Below, piece after piece: positions 27,640 to 34,969 of a DNA stretch of 64,000 nt. The stretch lies in sequence record PV754031.1. One strand, written 5' to 3'. Each line of letters opens with the position of its first letter. The stretch's first letter is position 1. The position numbers and the translations under genes were made by a program. The notes beneath the pieces are model-generated. The model had not been told where the DNA came from. It saw only the letters and a list, made by a program, of their open reading frames with translations, and ran no database searches.

Positions 27640-27751
27640 AATATAACCAGGGGTGGCAAACCCCTGGCATTTAGACACACTCTATAATAAGTTCTACCAC
27701 CGAGTGTGTTTAGTGGATAGATTTAAGAATACTTTATTATAGTACTCTTAC
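27640..27751 (-). ncRNA. Candidate small RNA (about 110 nt)
   Basis: Own TAC-N14-TATGTA promoter; three hairpins, the last CCAGGGG-TTTGCCA-CCCCTGG-TTATATT. Confidence 0.5.
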
Positions 27752-27778
27752 ATAATATCATCGTGCCAGTATAATTAT
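27751..27778 (-). promoter_or_regulatory. TAC-N14-TATGTA promoter
   Basis: ATAATTATAC-TGGCACGATGATAT-TATGTA. Confidence 0.65.
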
Positions 27779-27803
27779 CTAAATAGTTATAAATATTATT
27801 ATT

Positions 27804-28811
27804 TTAATCAATGATTAATGGTGCTAGTTTTACCTGATAGATACCTGATAACAATTGGCTTTTCAACATATATGCTCCACCACCAACTGGCATTTTAGAT
27901 CCACCTACAATGATCATGCTATTATCCGGACCTTTAGCTATAGATGAAATATTAAGGAATCCGATACCTAGTTCAAATGGTTCAGCCCATTTCCGGCGCC
28001 TAATATTAAAACGTTGTGCAAACATTTTAGTTACACCGCCGACATCAACAGCGTTAAGGTAATTAAAATAGTCCCCATCTACATAACCATTACCTTGCCA
28101 GATTGTTCCTTTATCAGCAGGTATAATCATCCAAGGTGTTTGCTCCCATATTAAGGTAGTTGCATTATATCGATAAACTTCAAGATTAGGTATGTTCTTT
28201 GTATTATCCCAACCACCAAAATGGTAAAAGTAACCATTATAAAAGAATAACTGTTGACCTGAACGAGCACCACCTGAATAGTCTTGCCCGCTAAGCCAAG
28301 ACTTACTTGATGGTTTTAATCGCATTGCGTTTACGCCAATTGGGTTAACGCATAGAATAAGATCATTACCATCTGATGCGGAGGCTGTGCCCCAAAGTGG
28401 TACGGGACCACTATATCGCTCAACCCTATTGCCTGTAGCTATATCAAAATGTTGTATAAAGTTAGATGTTCCCGTACCACCATTACCAGCCGAGTTCCAT
28501 CCAGTAATACCGCCATAAACAATAAAGTTATTCTTATGTAATGTCCCAAATCCTAAAGATACCCCTGGTAAGAATGTTCCAGAAGCAGTTGCACCTATAT
28601 CGGCAAATGGCGATATGGTAAAACGTCTGAACACAGTTGCAGCTGTTTGTCCTTCAGTATGATGACCAGATCCAACATACAGTGTATTTCCATCCACATA
28701 TGACATTGTACCAGCTAACGCTACAGGTAGATCACCTAATTTAATAATTTCATTAAATCCAACCAAGGGTAACTCTTCGCCTATATCTGGTGATAATAGT
28801 AATTCAAACAT
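27804..28811 (-). CDS. Kelch-like beta-propeller protein (possibly virion-associated)
   Basis: Repeated GG-containing blades, e.g. FIVYGG, YFYHFGGW...VYRYN...W, IIVGG. Confidence 0.75.
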   Translation of the reverse strand: MFELLLSPDIGEELPLVGFNEIIKLGDLPVALAGTMSYVDGNTLYVGSGHHTEGQTAATVFRRFTISPFADIGATASGTFLPGVSLGFGTLHKNNFIVYGGITGWNSAGNGGTGTSNFIQHFDIATGNRVERYSGPVPLWGTASASDGNDLILCVNPIGVNAMRLKPSSKSWLSGQDYSGGARSGQQLFFYNGYFYHFGGWDNTKNIPNLEVYRYNATTLIWEQTPWMIIPADKGTIWQGNGYVDGDYFNYLNAVDVGGVTKMFAQRFNIRRRKWAEPFELGIGFLNISSIAKGPDNSMIIVGGSKMPVGGGAYMLKSQLLSGIYQVKLAPLIID

Positions 28812-28865
28812 GAGTGTGCTCTCAAGTAAATCATTTTAATTCATAAGATAACCCATGGCAACATA

Positions 28866-28889
28866 AAAGAGTAGCCGAAGCTACTCTTT
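28866..28889 (-). terminator. Terminator after tRNA-Asp/Asn unit
   Basis: AAAGAGTAGC-(TTCG on - strand)-GCTACTCTTT. Confidence 0.85.
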
Positions 28890-28895
28890 AGAATA

Positions 28896-28971
<76 letters not shown>

Positions 28972-28977
28972 ATTAAA

Positions 28978-29054
28978 TGGCGCGCCCAAGGGGACTCGAA
29001 CCCCTGACCACCCGCGTGACAGGCGGGTATTCTAACCAACTGAACTATGAGCGC
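28978..29054 (-). tRNA. tRNA-Asp(GUC)
   Basis: 77 nt GCGCTCA...CCCGC-CTGTCAC-GCGGG...GCCA. Confidence 0.97.
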
Positions 29055-29077
29055 AAACGTATGGACATGACTTCCTA

Positions 29078-29105
29078 CATAGTATTACATAACCAGTAAT
29101 ATTTT
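29078..29105 (-). promoter_or_regulatory. TAC-N14-TATGTA promoter of tRNA-Asp/Asn
   Basis: AAAATATTAC-TGGTTATGTAATAC-TATGTA. Confidence 0.75.
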
Positions 29106-29106
29106 A

Positions 29107-29454
29107 TTACGGGCGATCAGTCCAGTGCTTGAAATAGTTACCATCCTTGGGACGATCGTACTTAGCAAGAATATTTTTAAGTTCTTCGCCGGACAACTTA
29201 ATACTATCGCCTACTGGGCTATCCAGTTCAGGGCAAGGTTCAGTTTTACGTGTAATGATTAAATTATCAGTCCCATCTTTGAAGATAAAGATAAACTGCG
29301 TTTCATTAGCACTAATCTTTTTCTTAACGCAATGCTTTACTTCTGGATGTTTCTTGTGGATCGCTACAAAAGATTCAACAAGAGTTAGCTTTATAAACTC
29401 AGGGCTAATAAATGTGAAATATACAGCGCTCTGCGTTGGGGTTAGATGATCCAT
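29107..29454 (-). CDS. Hypothetical protein
   Basis: 115 aa ORF. Confidence 0.7.
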   Translation of the reverse strand: MDHLTPTQSAVYFTFISPEFIKLTLVESFVAIHKKHPEVKHCVKKKISANETQFIFIFKDGTDNLIITRKTEPCPELDSPVGDSIKLSGEELKNILAKYDRPKDGNYFKHWTDRP

Positions 29455-29456
29455 AT

Positions 29457-29762
29457 TTACTCCGTATGTTTGAGATAGGCTTTAACTGCTTTAAGACCTT
29501 TATTAAAGAACATAGCTTCAACATAAGTAATGTTACTTACATCCTCGCCGATAAGTTCCCATTTGATGCAACGTGTAACAGCGTTGATTGTAATATCTAA
29601 TCCGTTTGGGAATAGGGTTACTTCATCGGTCAGGTGAATCCAATCGGGAGCCTTCGCTCCATTACGTAAACGGGGACTAAAAGTAAGATTATAAAGTGTT
29701 TGTAATGGTTGTCTCAATAGTTCTTTTTGTTCTTGATGTTCCATGTATTTTCCTAGAGACAT
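29457..29762 (-). CDS. Hypothetical protein
   Basis: 101 aa ORF (start may be MEHQ at 29744). Confidence 0.7.
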   Translation of the reverse strand: MSLGKYMEHQEQKELLRQPLQTLYNLTFSPRLRNGAKAPDWIHLTDEVTLFPNGLDITINAVTRCIKWELIGEDVSNITYVEAMFFNKGLKAVKAYLKHTE

Positions 29763-29974
29763 TTAAAAATATAAATAGAATGGTTATCTCTTTCGGTTAT
29801 CTTTAGAGTATTCTCATTTCGAATAACTTCAAGAGACTTGTATTTATGTTCCAGAATATCCAGATGAGAAATACACTGTTCCCTATTTTCAAATAGGATA
29901 TTACTTTCATTAGTCGAAATGAAACCAAATAATCCAACTTTGATAGATAATACCAACATTATTACTGTATTCAT
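29753..29974 (-). CDS. Small protein with N-terminal hydrophobic segment
   Basis: MNTVIMLVLSIKVGLFGFI with GAGGA RBS. Confidence 0.6.
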   Translation of the reverse strand: MNTVIMLVLSIKVGLFGFISTNESNILFENREQCISHLDILEHKYKSLEVIRNENTLKITERDNHSIYIFKCL

Positions 29975-30000
29975 GTTTTCCTCAATGAGACAGTATAAAA

Positions 30001-30018
30001 CCTCCCCCAAGTGGGAGG
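30001..30018 (-). terminator. Terminator after tRNA(CAU)
   Basis: CCTCCC-6nt-GGGAGG followed by TTTTAT on - strand. Confidence 0.75.
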
Positions 30019-30026
30019 CTAGTATA

Positions 30027-30103
30027 TGGTGGGCCCAGCAGGACTTGAACCTGCGACCAAGCGATTATGAGTCGCCTGCTCTAACCAACTGAGCTATAGG
30101 CCC
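30027..30103 (-). tRNA. tRNA(CAU), probably tRNA-Ile2 (lysidine, reads AUA) rather than Met
   Basis: GGGCCTATAGCTCAGTTGGTTAGAGCAGGCGACTCATAATCGCTTGGTCGCAGGTTCAAGTCCTGCTGGGCCCACCA; anticodon arm GCGACTCATAATCGC and C4:G69, C5:G68 as in enterobacterial tRNA-Ile2. Confidence 0.9.
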
Positions 30104-30110
30104 TTTTTAT

Positions 30111-30404
30111 TTATTCTGGTAAGAATGTTCCATCTTTTTGACGGACTAATACACCTGACCATTTGAATGTATTTGTATCACTAGCAGGGCACTCTCTAAT
30201 TACATTGGTTCTAAATGTGCCATGTGGATAGGTTACAGTGAATGTAATATGGTTATTACAAACATGTAATACAGAAGACTTTGCTTCTGTTAGATAGTGT
30301 AAGCCTTGAGCTAATTGAATATTAGTTAATTCAGGGTCACTAAGAATAGCGTAAAGAGCTGTTCCTATAATTTGATGTTCCCATGATATCCATTTATTAT
30401 CCAT
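30111..30404 (-). CDS. Hypothetical protein between tRNAs
   Basis: 97 aa, AGGA RBS. Confidence 0.7.
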   Translation of the reverse strand: MDNKWISWEHQIIGTALYAILSDPELTNIQLAQGLHYLTEAKSSVLHVCNNHITFTVTYPHGTFRTNVIRECPASDTNTFKWSGVLVRQKDGTFLPE

Positions 30405-30425
30405 CCTATTTACCTATTATTAAAA

Positions 30426-30501
30426 TGGTCGGAGTGGGGAGACTCGAACTCCCGACATCCTGCTCCCAAAGCAGGCGCGCTACCAACTGCGCTACACTCC
30501 G
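30426..30501 (-). tRNA. tRNA-Pro(UGG)
   Basis: 76 nt CGGAGTG...CCTGC-TTTGGGA-GCAGG...ACCA. Confidence 0.97.
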
Positions 30502-30510
30502 TATTTAAAT

Positions 30511-30595
30511 TGGTGCCCGAAGTCGGATTCGAACCGACAAGACCGTAGCCGGAAGATTTTAAGTCTTCTGTGTTTACCAATTTCACCATTCGGGC
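30511..30595 (-). tRNA. tRNA-Leu(UAA)
   Basis: 85 nt with long variable arm; GAAGA-CTTAAAA-TCTTC. Confidence 0.97.
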
Positions 30596-30609
30596 ATTGT
30601 GCTTCAATA

Positions 30610-30637
30610 CATAACATGTAATGCTAGGTATTTTATT
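30610..30637 (-). promoter_or_regulatory. TAC-N14-TATGTA promoter of the Leu-Pro-ORF-Ile2 unit
   Basis: AATAAAATAC-CTAGCATTACATGT-TATGTA. Confidence 0.75.
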
Positions 30638-30653
30638 ACAACTTATTTTAAAT

Positions 30654-31106
30654 TCAACGTGGCCATTGTAAAGAAGTTATCTTATTACCATTAATGTAGA
30701 CATCGGTCACTTCGCACCAATCATTAATTCTGTGTTCAATAATTGGAACATCATTTCGGCCAGCCACTCCAATCATATTCCATTTAACATAAATATTCAT
30801 TAGATCAATTGTTAATTTCTCTTTTATGAGTTTAGGAGAAATTAATTTAATATTATTAATGTTAAAGAAGTAATTATTAACTTCTTCTAAATATTCATTA
30901 GTATTAGTAGTACTAACTTTGCCTTCATGTTCAAGTGAGGATGGTTTATTCTGATTTACAATATTGCTCACTAGACTTCTTAAAACGGCACTTGCCCTAC
31001 CAGCTTCGCGTCTTTTATACTTATCATAGTCTTTTACATTAGCTGCAATTTTATCAAATTCTTTTTGGGCATAGATTAGCCCTGGTAAAAGTTCATTTTT
31101 GATCAT
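30654..31106 (-). CDS. Hypothetical protein
   Basis: 150 aa ORF. Confidence 0.7.
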   Translation of the reverse strand: MIKNELLPGLIYAQKEFDKIAANVKDYDKYKRREAGRASAVLRSLVSNIVNQNKPSSLEHEGKVSTTNTNEYLEEVNNYFFNINNIKLISPKLIKEKLTIDLMNIYVKWNMIGVAGRNDVPIIEHRINDWCEVTDVYINGNKITSLQWPR

Positions 31107-31159
31107 TTTATAATTACTCTATGTTGTTTATACATATTTTAATATACATACGTAAAAAC

Positions 31160-31304
31160 AAAATATAAAGCCTCCCCGAAGGGAGGCGATATATCGTCAT
31201 TAATGCCCAGCAAAGAGTTTTACTCTCTGGGAGCCAGTTGGAAGGGGGACTGGCTCCGATTTATTATGACTAATGTAGAAACGAGGGGGAGGGATCATTT
31301 CTAC
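31160..31304 (-). ncRNA. Candidate small RNA (about 145 nt) with C-rich loops
   Basis: Own promoter; hairpins GTAGAAA/TTTCTAC, GGAGCCAGT/ACTGGCTCC, CCCAG/CTGGG; terminator GCCTCCC-TTCG-GGGAGGC-TTTATATTTT. Confidence 0.65.
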
Positions 31305-31331
31305 ATATCATTACATACTCAGTAAGTTATT
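31304..31331 (-). promoter_or_regulatory. TAC-N14-TATGTA promoter
   Basis: AATAACTTAC-TGAGTATGTAATGA-TATGTA. Confidence 0.7.
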
Positions 31332-33210
31332 CTTCAATACCAATGACCGTATTGCGTTCATTGGTGTTCTCTACGGTTGAACCACTTGGGAAGCTACTGA
31401 CAGATGCTTGCATTAGTTTCAACATGTCGATAGCAAATACTCGATATGTAGATTCAACCTTAGCGTCGTCGTACGATGCATGAATGTTAAGAATGGCATT
31501 ATCGGCCCTTTTAGCCAGCAGATATACATCCTCAAGAGCATCTTTATCTTTAATAGTGGATAGCTTATGTTTGTAGATATCCCCATTGACAGATAGGTCA
31601 GGATACTGGGCTACCCAAGTGTCCGCAATAGTCTTAGTGTTGTTAGACAGAACGTCAATGATAACGTTAGCTGCTTCCACAATACCGGTAGCATCAAGCA
31701 ACTTAATCTTAGCACCAGCATTATCTGGCCATTTGGGTTCTTGGAAGTTTGTCTTTACATTGGGTTTCCATTCAGCCAGAAGAGTAGCGACTTTCTTAGG
31801 GTCTTGCCAATCATTCCCTTTGAACAGATTAACCACGGGGGCTAGTATCTTACTGTTCTCATCCAGAACTTTCTGGTTGTGACGATCAGCTTTAGCTACA
31901 GCATTAGTGATATTGGCTTTTGCGGTCTTAGGATCATTAGACGCGAACGTCTCGTAACTCGATACTTTTACTTCGCCGGTTTTAAGCTTTGCTTCTGCCA
32001 CCCATTTGGCATCACCATAGGTACTTTTCAGTGTAGCAATAGCTTTCTTCTTTTTATCAAGATTGATCTCAGGGCCAGAGTCGAAGATACTCTTAATGGT
32101 GTCGATAAGACCTTCATTTGAGACTTGTATAAAACCGGGAGTATTAATGATGGACTTCTCTACATACCCGCCACGAATAACTCGATTTATAAAACCATTA
32201 AGACCACTACCAGTTTCGGCCATATCTTTCATGATTTCTATATTTGTTTCACCAGCACTCTGGGCATTGTATAAATAATAAGAACCATCTTTAAATTTTA
32301 GTATAATCCAGTCATCTCCAGTTAGATATGAATCAATATTACTATCATTCATACTTTGGTATTTAATGAATTCTGGATTAGTACTTAGTACTTCTTCAAT
32401 AAACTCTTCTAATGCCGCAGAATTATTAATAGCATCAACAGGTGGAATTTCACCATCAATGGGTTCAGTAGTTGGACCAGTAACAATGGCAGGTAACGGA
32501 TCCTCCTCTACAATAACAGTTTCTTCCACTGGTAGAGCACCACATGAAGCATCAATTAGTTTATTAAAACTACTAATGATCTCACCAAGTGCTACAAGAA
32601 CTGCTGGCTGTTCAACTTGTTCAACTTTAGCAATACCAGTTTCTGTAAATTCTTCAGTAATTCGGTTATAGACTTCCACTAATTGATTAGTAAGCTCTGC
32701 TACTTTTGGCAGAGTCTGCTTAGACAGAGGTTCAACTACAGTTGTATCTGCTTCAACAAAAATAGAATCATCTTCTTCTAAACGGCTAGTATTAGCTGAG
32801 CCAGCTGTGAAGTTATAAGGCATATCTTGAATTACTTCATTAATTTCAGATGCCTCCATATCTTCATTTAGACGACCACTATAAGTACGCATCATACCTT
32901 CTGCTTCTTTAATAGTGGAATGCGCTAAGCGTCCCCAATCACCACGCATAATACCGCGCTCGGTAAGACCGCGTGCAGCTGAACCAAGATCAATAGGTTC
33001 TTCAATAAATGATTGTTCTTCAACCCACTCTTCATTACTGTAACATTCTTTTAGAATGGTTTTAAATTTAGTACTAAAGGGTTGTAGAATCTTTTTATCT
33101 ACTTGTTCAACATTTGTTTTAAAGTGTTCTAGACTTGGTGTAGCTTTTGAAGATACTTTTTCAGTACCGCTATATAGCGTACGGTTTAGGAAGTTTAGCA
33201 TTTTATTCAT
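31327..33210 (-). CDS. phiKZ inner-head protein family member (gp303-like)
   Basis: 627 aa; two related LK.xY....WV domains; S/A-x-E protease-type sites (SLE, ALE, SNE); position beside the RNR genes. Confidence 0.7.
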   Translation of the reverse strand: MNKMLNFLNRTLYSGTEKVSSKATPSLEHFKTNVEQVDKKILQPFSTKFKTILKECYSNEEWVEEQSFIEEPIDLGSAARGLTERGIMRGDWGRLAHSTIKEAEGMMRTYSGRLNEDMEASEINEVIQDMPYNFTAGSANTSRLEEDDSIFVEADTTVVEPLSKQTLPKVAELTNQLVEVYNRITEEFTETGIAKVEQVEQPAVLVALGEIISSFNKLIDASCGALPVEETVIVEEDPLPAIVTGPTTEPIDGEIPPVDAINNSAALEEFIEEVLSTNPEFIKYQSMNDSNIDSYLTGDDWIILKFKDGSYYLYNAQSAGETNIEIMKDMAETGSGLNGFINRVIRGGYVEKSIINTPGFIQVSNEGLIDTIKSIFDSGPEINLDKKKKAIATLKSTYGDAKWVAEAKLKTGEVKVSSYETFASNDPKTAKANITNAVAKADRHNQKVLDENSKILAPVVNLFKGNDWQDPKKVATLLAEWKPNVKTNFQEPKWPDNAGAKIKLLDATGIVEAANVIIDVLSNNTKTIADTWVAQYPDLSVNGDIYKHKLSTIKDKDALEDVYLLAKRADNAILNIHASYDDAKVESTYRVFAIDMLKLMQASVSSFPSGSTVENTNERNTVIGIEE

Positions 33211-33265
33211 GTCTACTCTCTCGTTGATGACTGTTAATAAGAGTGCTATAGAATTGTTAGCATAA

Positions 33266-33287
33266 ACCCTCCCAATTAAGGGAGGGT
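33266..33287 (-). terminator. Terminator; exact 22 bp repeat of 34940..34961
   Basis: ACCCTCCC-AATTAA-GGGAGGGT. Confidence 0.8.
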
Positions 33288-33295
33288 CATTATGT

Positions 33296-33709
33296 CTACA
33301 TTATATCTCGTGTACCATCATTCATTTCAACAACAGTGACTTTATCACCAACCTTTGGTTTTTCATTGGTAACTGTTTGAACCATGTACTGCTTGCCATC
33401 TGTATTAACAATCAGTTTACATTGAAATGTTTCAGTAGCACTAACATTATTACCGACTGCGCCGCCTGCGGCACCACCGATTAAACCACCTACCCAACCT
33501 CCAGATTTACCAAAGATTGCTCGACCTAACACAGCGCCTGCGGTGGCTCCAACCGCACCTCCAACAGTAGTGCCGACAACACTACTATCTTTAGCAACTA
33601 GCTGACATTCTGAATGTGCAATAATACCATCTGTAGTTGATTTTACTTCAGTTGCTGCAAATAGGACAGTGGACCACATTAAAACTACGAATGCGATAAT
33701 CTTAATCAT
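33296..33709 (-). CDS. Glycine-zipper 2TM envelope protein (YcfJ/SlyB-like)
   Basis: Signal peptide; GTTVGGAVGATAGAVLG...GGLIGGAAGGAVGN. Confidence 0.75.
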   Translation of the reverse strand: MIKIIAFVVLMWSTVLFAATEVKSTTDGIIAHSECQLVAKDSSVVGTTVGGAVGATAGAVLGRAIFGKSGGWVGGLIGGAAGGAVGNNVSATETFQCKLIVNTDGKQYMVQTVTNEKPKVGDKVTVVEMNDGTRDIM

Positions 33710-34869
33710 AAGAAGTCAACCTCAAATTCTTCTTCTTCACCAACATCATTTACAACGTTGACCATGTAATCAGGCTTCTCTTCTTCCTGAGGAGATGCTT
33801 GGGTTGATGAAATATCTAGGTAGTCTTCCATATAAAGAAGTGGGTTCTTCTCTGGCCAAACAAAATCAAATCCAGCTGATTCTTTAAACTCCACTTGATA
33901 CTGTTCTACAACATCATTTTCAATACTTAGGAATGTTGCTGCGGCATTAGCATTGAAAAGTACCCAGTTAATAAGTTTAGTCGCATTAACACCAGTTAGT
34001 TCACGACCTTCAGAGAATAGATAATTAACCCAGGTAACTTCAGTCTTTACAATTTCCCATAGTAGTTCAATGATTTTATCTTTACATTGACTGTAAGCGA
34101 GTTTACCGCGTTCAGTTGCCAGTAGTGCACGAATAACTTCTTGTCCATATTGTGCATGGATTTCGAATTCGTCTTGGGCAATTTTCTTAACAGCGGCTGC
34201 AATTTGCTGGAATGCACCAGTACGACCAATAGCAAAGGTTACTGCAAAGGATGCCATGAACTGGATACGTTCTAGGAAATATAGAGCGATGAAGAACATG
34301 AATACTTTATTGTAAAGTTCTTGATCATTGGGTACCTGATTAAGAGCATACGCATGAACTGCGTCATGTGCTTCACCCATAGTGCGGGCTACTGCAACCA
34401 TTCGTTCTTGTGCTTCTTCTACCCTAAGAATTTCGTCTAGAATAACTTTAGGATCTTTAAAGCTATTACGTACAATTTCAGAATAAGTTAAAGCATGTAC
34501 GTCTTCATTATCATTAATACGTACATATCCCGCCCATACTCGTGAATCTGTCATGACAGGTGATAGAATATTAACAATGGAACGACTGGCTACAGAGTCA
34601 GCTTCCCATTGCCAGGCCAGTGTCTTAATCATCATGTCATAAGTTGATTTATCACACGTTTCAAATTCTACTAGACAAGTGGAAAAGTCAAATTCTAGCT
34701 CATCCCAATCAAGCATCTTTAGACGCTTATATAGCTCCCACATTTTAGGATAATGAGTGTGGATTGAATCTAGTAGACCTGGATCATCTCCAAGAATAAT
34801 TTCCGGTAGATGATAATCACTCTTAGCAACATTGAAGATTTTCTTTGGTAGTTGAGATTTAGTAGACAT
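33706..34869 (-). CDS. nrdB: Class Ia ribonucleotide reductase beta subunit
   Basis: WQWEADS, NEDVHALTY (radical Tyr), LERIQF, DEFEIH di-iron motifs. Confidence 0.95.
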   Translation of the reverse strand: MSTKSQLPKKIFNVAKSDYHLPEIILGDDPGLLDSIHTHYPKMWELYKRLKMLDWDELEFDFSTCLVEFETCDKSTYDMMIKTLAWQWEADSVASRSIVNILSPVMTDSRVWAGYVRINDNEDVHALTYSEIVRNSFKDPKVILDEILRVEEAQERMVAVARTMGEAHDAVHAYALNQVPNDQELYNKVFMFFIALYFLERIQFMASFAVTFAIGRTGAFQQIAAAVKKIAQDEFEIHAQYGQEVIRALLATERGKLAYSQCKDKIIELLWEIVKTEVTWVNYLFSEGRELTGVNATKLINWVLFNANAAATFLSIENDVVEQYQVEFKESAGFDFVWPEKNPLLYMEDYLDISSTQASPQEEEKPDYMVNVVNDVGEEEEFEVDFL

Positions 34870-34937
34870 ATCAGTTCCTTTACAATTTAAAAATATTTCT
34901 TACAATAAATAATAGAGGTTAGTATAAATTGGGAATA

Positions 34938-34963
34938 ACACCCTCCCAATTAAGGGAGGGTGT
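34938..34963 (-). terminator. Hairpin between nrdA and nrdB
   Basis: ACACCCTCCC-AATTAA-GGGAGGGTGT. Confidence 0.75.
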
Positions 34964-34969
34964 ATACAC

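Noticed and set aside
30410-30607. 65 aa ORF on the - strand
   Set aside because: It overlaps tRNA-Leu and tRNA-Pro entirely.
31165-31306. + strand reading as an RsmA/CsrA sponge (GGA in loops)
   Set aside because: The promoter motif and U-rich terminator tail are both on the - strand, so the C-rich reading is preferred; only stranded RNA-seq fully excludes it.
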